Shown here one piece after another: positions 60,690 to 64,000 of a DNA stretch of 64,000 nt (its first letter is position 1; the number at the start of each line of letters is the position of its first letter). This DNA is from Eledone cirrhosa. Its lineage: Eukaryota. Made by a program: the position numbers and the translations under genes. Location: NCBI GenBank assembly GCA_964016885.1, contig OZ024741.1:318246001-318310000 (forward strand). The letters run 5' to 3'. The notes under the pieces are model-generated. The model was not told the origin of the DNA. It did no database searches and worked only from the letters and a program-made list of their open reading frames with translations.

Positions 60690-62440
60690 AGTCTACGTGC
60701 GCCAAAGAAGAAAGTATCTGATTTTTTAGTCATAAAATTCAGATTATTAAGTGAATCAAAAACCCCGCGAAATATGTATAACATTGAAGTGTACAACAAA
60801 CTCTCTGAACTCATTGAAAGTATACCATTGAAAGTATACCAACAGAAATATGATAGCTTCTTAGTTATGCTCAGAAGTTGGTAACGTCTTATTGCCAAAA
60901 ACGAAGGGCAAATGATTGGTCTAATTTACACCTTTTTTGACCCCATAACACAAACTAGAACAAATCTAAAGAGCCTACTAGAATCTGGTGATAGAAATAT
61001 GATTCAAAATGCAAAATCAGAACTGACGACTGCATACAAGACAGCGGAAAAATCATACACTATGGCTATGGTAAACAATTGCAAATTCCTCTTATTCGGG
61101 TCTACATGCAGCTACATGGAGAGTTGTTGATGGTAGAAAAGATAAACTCCATTGATTAAACTGCAAGAAATTATGGAGGACGGGAAAATTCTTTAGCTCC
61201 TATTGAGGGAAACCACCACAGTACCAAACCTAACACTGAATTTGTCATCTCTCCTGTAGTGGAACAACCGTTACCCATTAATGAAGGCTTCTTTAATCTG
61301 GAAGAGTTAAGTAGAGCAATGAAAGCGAGGGGGAGCTTTAGAAGTGGATTGCATTCGTTTAGAGATGTGGGAATTATCCTAATTCACACAATATCTCCTT
61401 GAACTCTGTTACATAGGCTTAACAAGACACACCACACTTAATAGCTAAAGAGTGCCATTAAACCTATTCCAAAGAATGCTACTGCTTCCATGGGTTCATA
61501 ACACGGTTTAAACATTATTGCATCAAAATTATATAATACTATATATAAATTATATAATACTATTTCATCAAAATTATATAATAAAATTATTCTAAATGTA
61601 TAGATCCATTATTAAGATGGACTTTAGTAAATGCAATTAAACTAATTGATGAAAACACAAAAGCCCAGGTGATCACCCGAGATGGCGAAACCTCCTTTTT
61701 CAGTATTTTAGACATTTCAGGGTGATACATTATTGTTTGGGATTATTCATTGGAAGAAATATTTACAATGTATTATTGAGATTTCGGAATTGTTATAGAA
61801 CCCAGGAGGGGAACACGATATCCAGAGATAAGACTAAACGATTTGGCCTATGCTGATGACATCAGACGGATCAATGAACCAATGCAGTTGGCTGAAAATT
61901 AATTACATTGTATTGAACATGCAGCATATCTAGTTCGTTTACATCTTATCTCTAGCAAAACATAAATCGTAACAGTTGGAATCAATGATGATTATCGAGT
62001 AAAATCCATAATTGGTCAAATCATTGGTCGGGTGAAGCAATTTAAATATTTAGTCGGTTATATTCCAGAAAGCAAGGATGATTTTAATGTAAGGAAAGGG
62101 TTGGCACGGGTTGCAATAAACCAGCTAGACCAAATATAGAAGTCTAACATTGACAAAAGACTGAAACTTAGATTTTTCACAGCCTGAGTAGAAAGTATTC
62201 CGCTAGACAACCCTCAAAACTTGAACATAGAAATAAAAATTGAGAACAATTTTTAACATCAGCTGGAGGGATCATATAACCAACAGAAAACTGTACCAGG
62301 CCTGTCACGGTTATCAGCTACCATTCAACAGAGAAGATTACGCTTTGCTGGCCATTGTCACTGAACTACGGATCAACCGATTTCTAATCTTTTATTTTGG
62401 TCATCATCAGGTAGTAGGCGGCGCAGAGGAACGGGAATGA
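60690..62440 (+). pseudogene. Decayed non-LTR retrotransposon ORF2 (RTE/RTE-X-like)
   Basis: IKPIPK, IASKLYN, QGDTL, DLAYADDI (YADD at 61849), FKYL, NISWRDHITN, RRLRFAGHC; many stops and frameshifts. Confidence 0.85.
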
Positions 62441-62459
62441 ATATATATATATATATACA

Positions 62460-62502
<43 letters not shown>

Positions 62503-63289
62503 TCTATAAAAAAAACCGTAAACTACTAAATACAACAACGCTTGCCAATAAAATCTGGCAGCTCAAAGATACAAATCAAGAATACAGGATTAACTGGTCT
62601 AAATTGTCAGGGGCAATGGCCTACGACATTGGTATGTCCCACTGTAGACTTTGTAATATGGAATTATTCCATATTTTAAAATATGACAAAATGCTGCTTA
62701 ACAGCAAAATTGAACGGTCAATTTTCTGTAGACATAAAACAGAAAATAAATTCGATAATTTCAAACCAACTTGATTAGACCCAACAATTCCATAATTCAA
62801 ATTATACCACCTGAGTCTATTATAACCCATTATCATCATTGTTGTTATTATTGTTATTAACTGTCAATGAATCAACATCATAACCTATTATATTTTCTCT
62901 CTTTCATTTTCTATCTTTTAATTTCTTTCCCTAAATATATTTCATCTCCTACATTATAACCTATCATATTATCTTCACTTCTAATATAACTTCCAATTTA
63001 TTAATTTAAATATGAATATATTTAATACTTTCATGTTTATACCATCATATCTTTATATTTTAACCACCAACACCACAACTATTTAAACCACCAATACCAT
63101 CATATATTTATATTTTAGCCACAACTATTTTCAACAATCATATTATGTTCATTTTCTTCGCACACATAACATTTATTTATTTTTTATCATCTTCGCTATA
63201 ACTTATTTATTATTATTCATTTATTATCAATACTTTTATTTTTTCTCTCTATTTTTCTTTTTCTTTATCTTTTTTCTTTATTCTTTTTA

Positions 63290-63292
63290 TCT

Positions 63293-63386
<94 letters not shown>
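63290..63386. repeat. (TTTC)n microsatellite
   Basis: Direct reading. Confidence 0.95.
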
Positions 63387-63387
<1 letters not shown>

Positions 63388-63636
63388 CTTTTTTTCTTTC
63401 TATCTTTTTCTTTTTCTTTCTTTATTACTGATGTTGTAATTTGAATTTTCCTAGTATATTACAAACGCCGTGAATAATTTTAAACATTTTTTCTGATGAT
63501 ATGGTTAAGCATGCATTGTATTTAAAATTGAGTGACACAACTTCAAGTGATTAGCAATTTTAAGATAACTTAACCAATGAAACAATTGTTAATACTGTAA
63601 ATAAAACCCTTTTTGTACTGTTGGCCATGTTATTCT

Positions 63637-63685
<49 letters not shown>

Positions 63686-63874
63686 ATGTATGTATATGTA
63701 GAAAATATCCGTAGGTGTAAAAAAGGAAAACTGTTCAATCGGGGAAGGGAGCTCATATATATATATGTACATATATATATATAACAAATATATATTATAT
63801 ATATATGTATATACGCATATATAAATCCACAACCGATGTATTCCAGAGAGAAAGAAACACAGAATGAGATGAAG

Positions 63875-64000
63875 AATTGACCCAAGTACTGAACTGTTAT
63901 TTTAATTTATCATCCCTCCCCATCTAAACGGAAGAAAACAAAGTTGACTTCAGCGGTATTTGAACTCAGAAAGTGGGAACGAATACCGTCAAGCATTATA
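63875..64000 (-). mobile_element. SINE family C fragment at window edge
   Basis: AAAGTTGACTTCAGCGGTATTTGAACTCAGAA. Confidence 0.6.

Overview
AT-rich eukaryotic (metazoan) non-coding DNA, dense in microsatellites. The tRNA-derived SINE families and repeat landscape resemble octopus/cephalopod genomes; this assignment is an inference. The only intact long ORFs belong to a young, nearly complete CsRn1-like Ty3/Gypsy LTR retrotransposon (7634-13140; 226-bp LTRs differing at 1 site, gag/pol joined by a predicted -1 frameshift). The dominant hidden theme is Penelope-like elements (PLEs). At least 7 distinct families appear as 5'-truncated copies or tiny palindromes of inverted pseudo-LTRs, mostly sitting in (TA)n tracts. 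Most carry a type I hammerhead ribozyme motif, including U3-A8 covariant cores and versions with large stem II inserts. One is a 3.9-kb Naiad-like PLE with an unusually long unexplained 3' region. Also present: a complete non-autonomous Helitron nested in a piggyBac-like MITE, a twin-priming-type inverted RTE LINE, a second decayed LINE, a decayed Tc1/mariner transposase, MITEs, many SINEs, a decayed 28S rRNA fragment, and one candidate EGF-like host micro-exon. Most ORF-track entries (YIYI, THTH, SLSL) are microsatellite artefacts. Coordinates of old repeats are approximate (roughly +/-20 bp).
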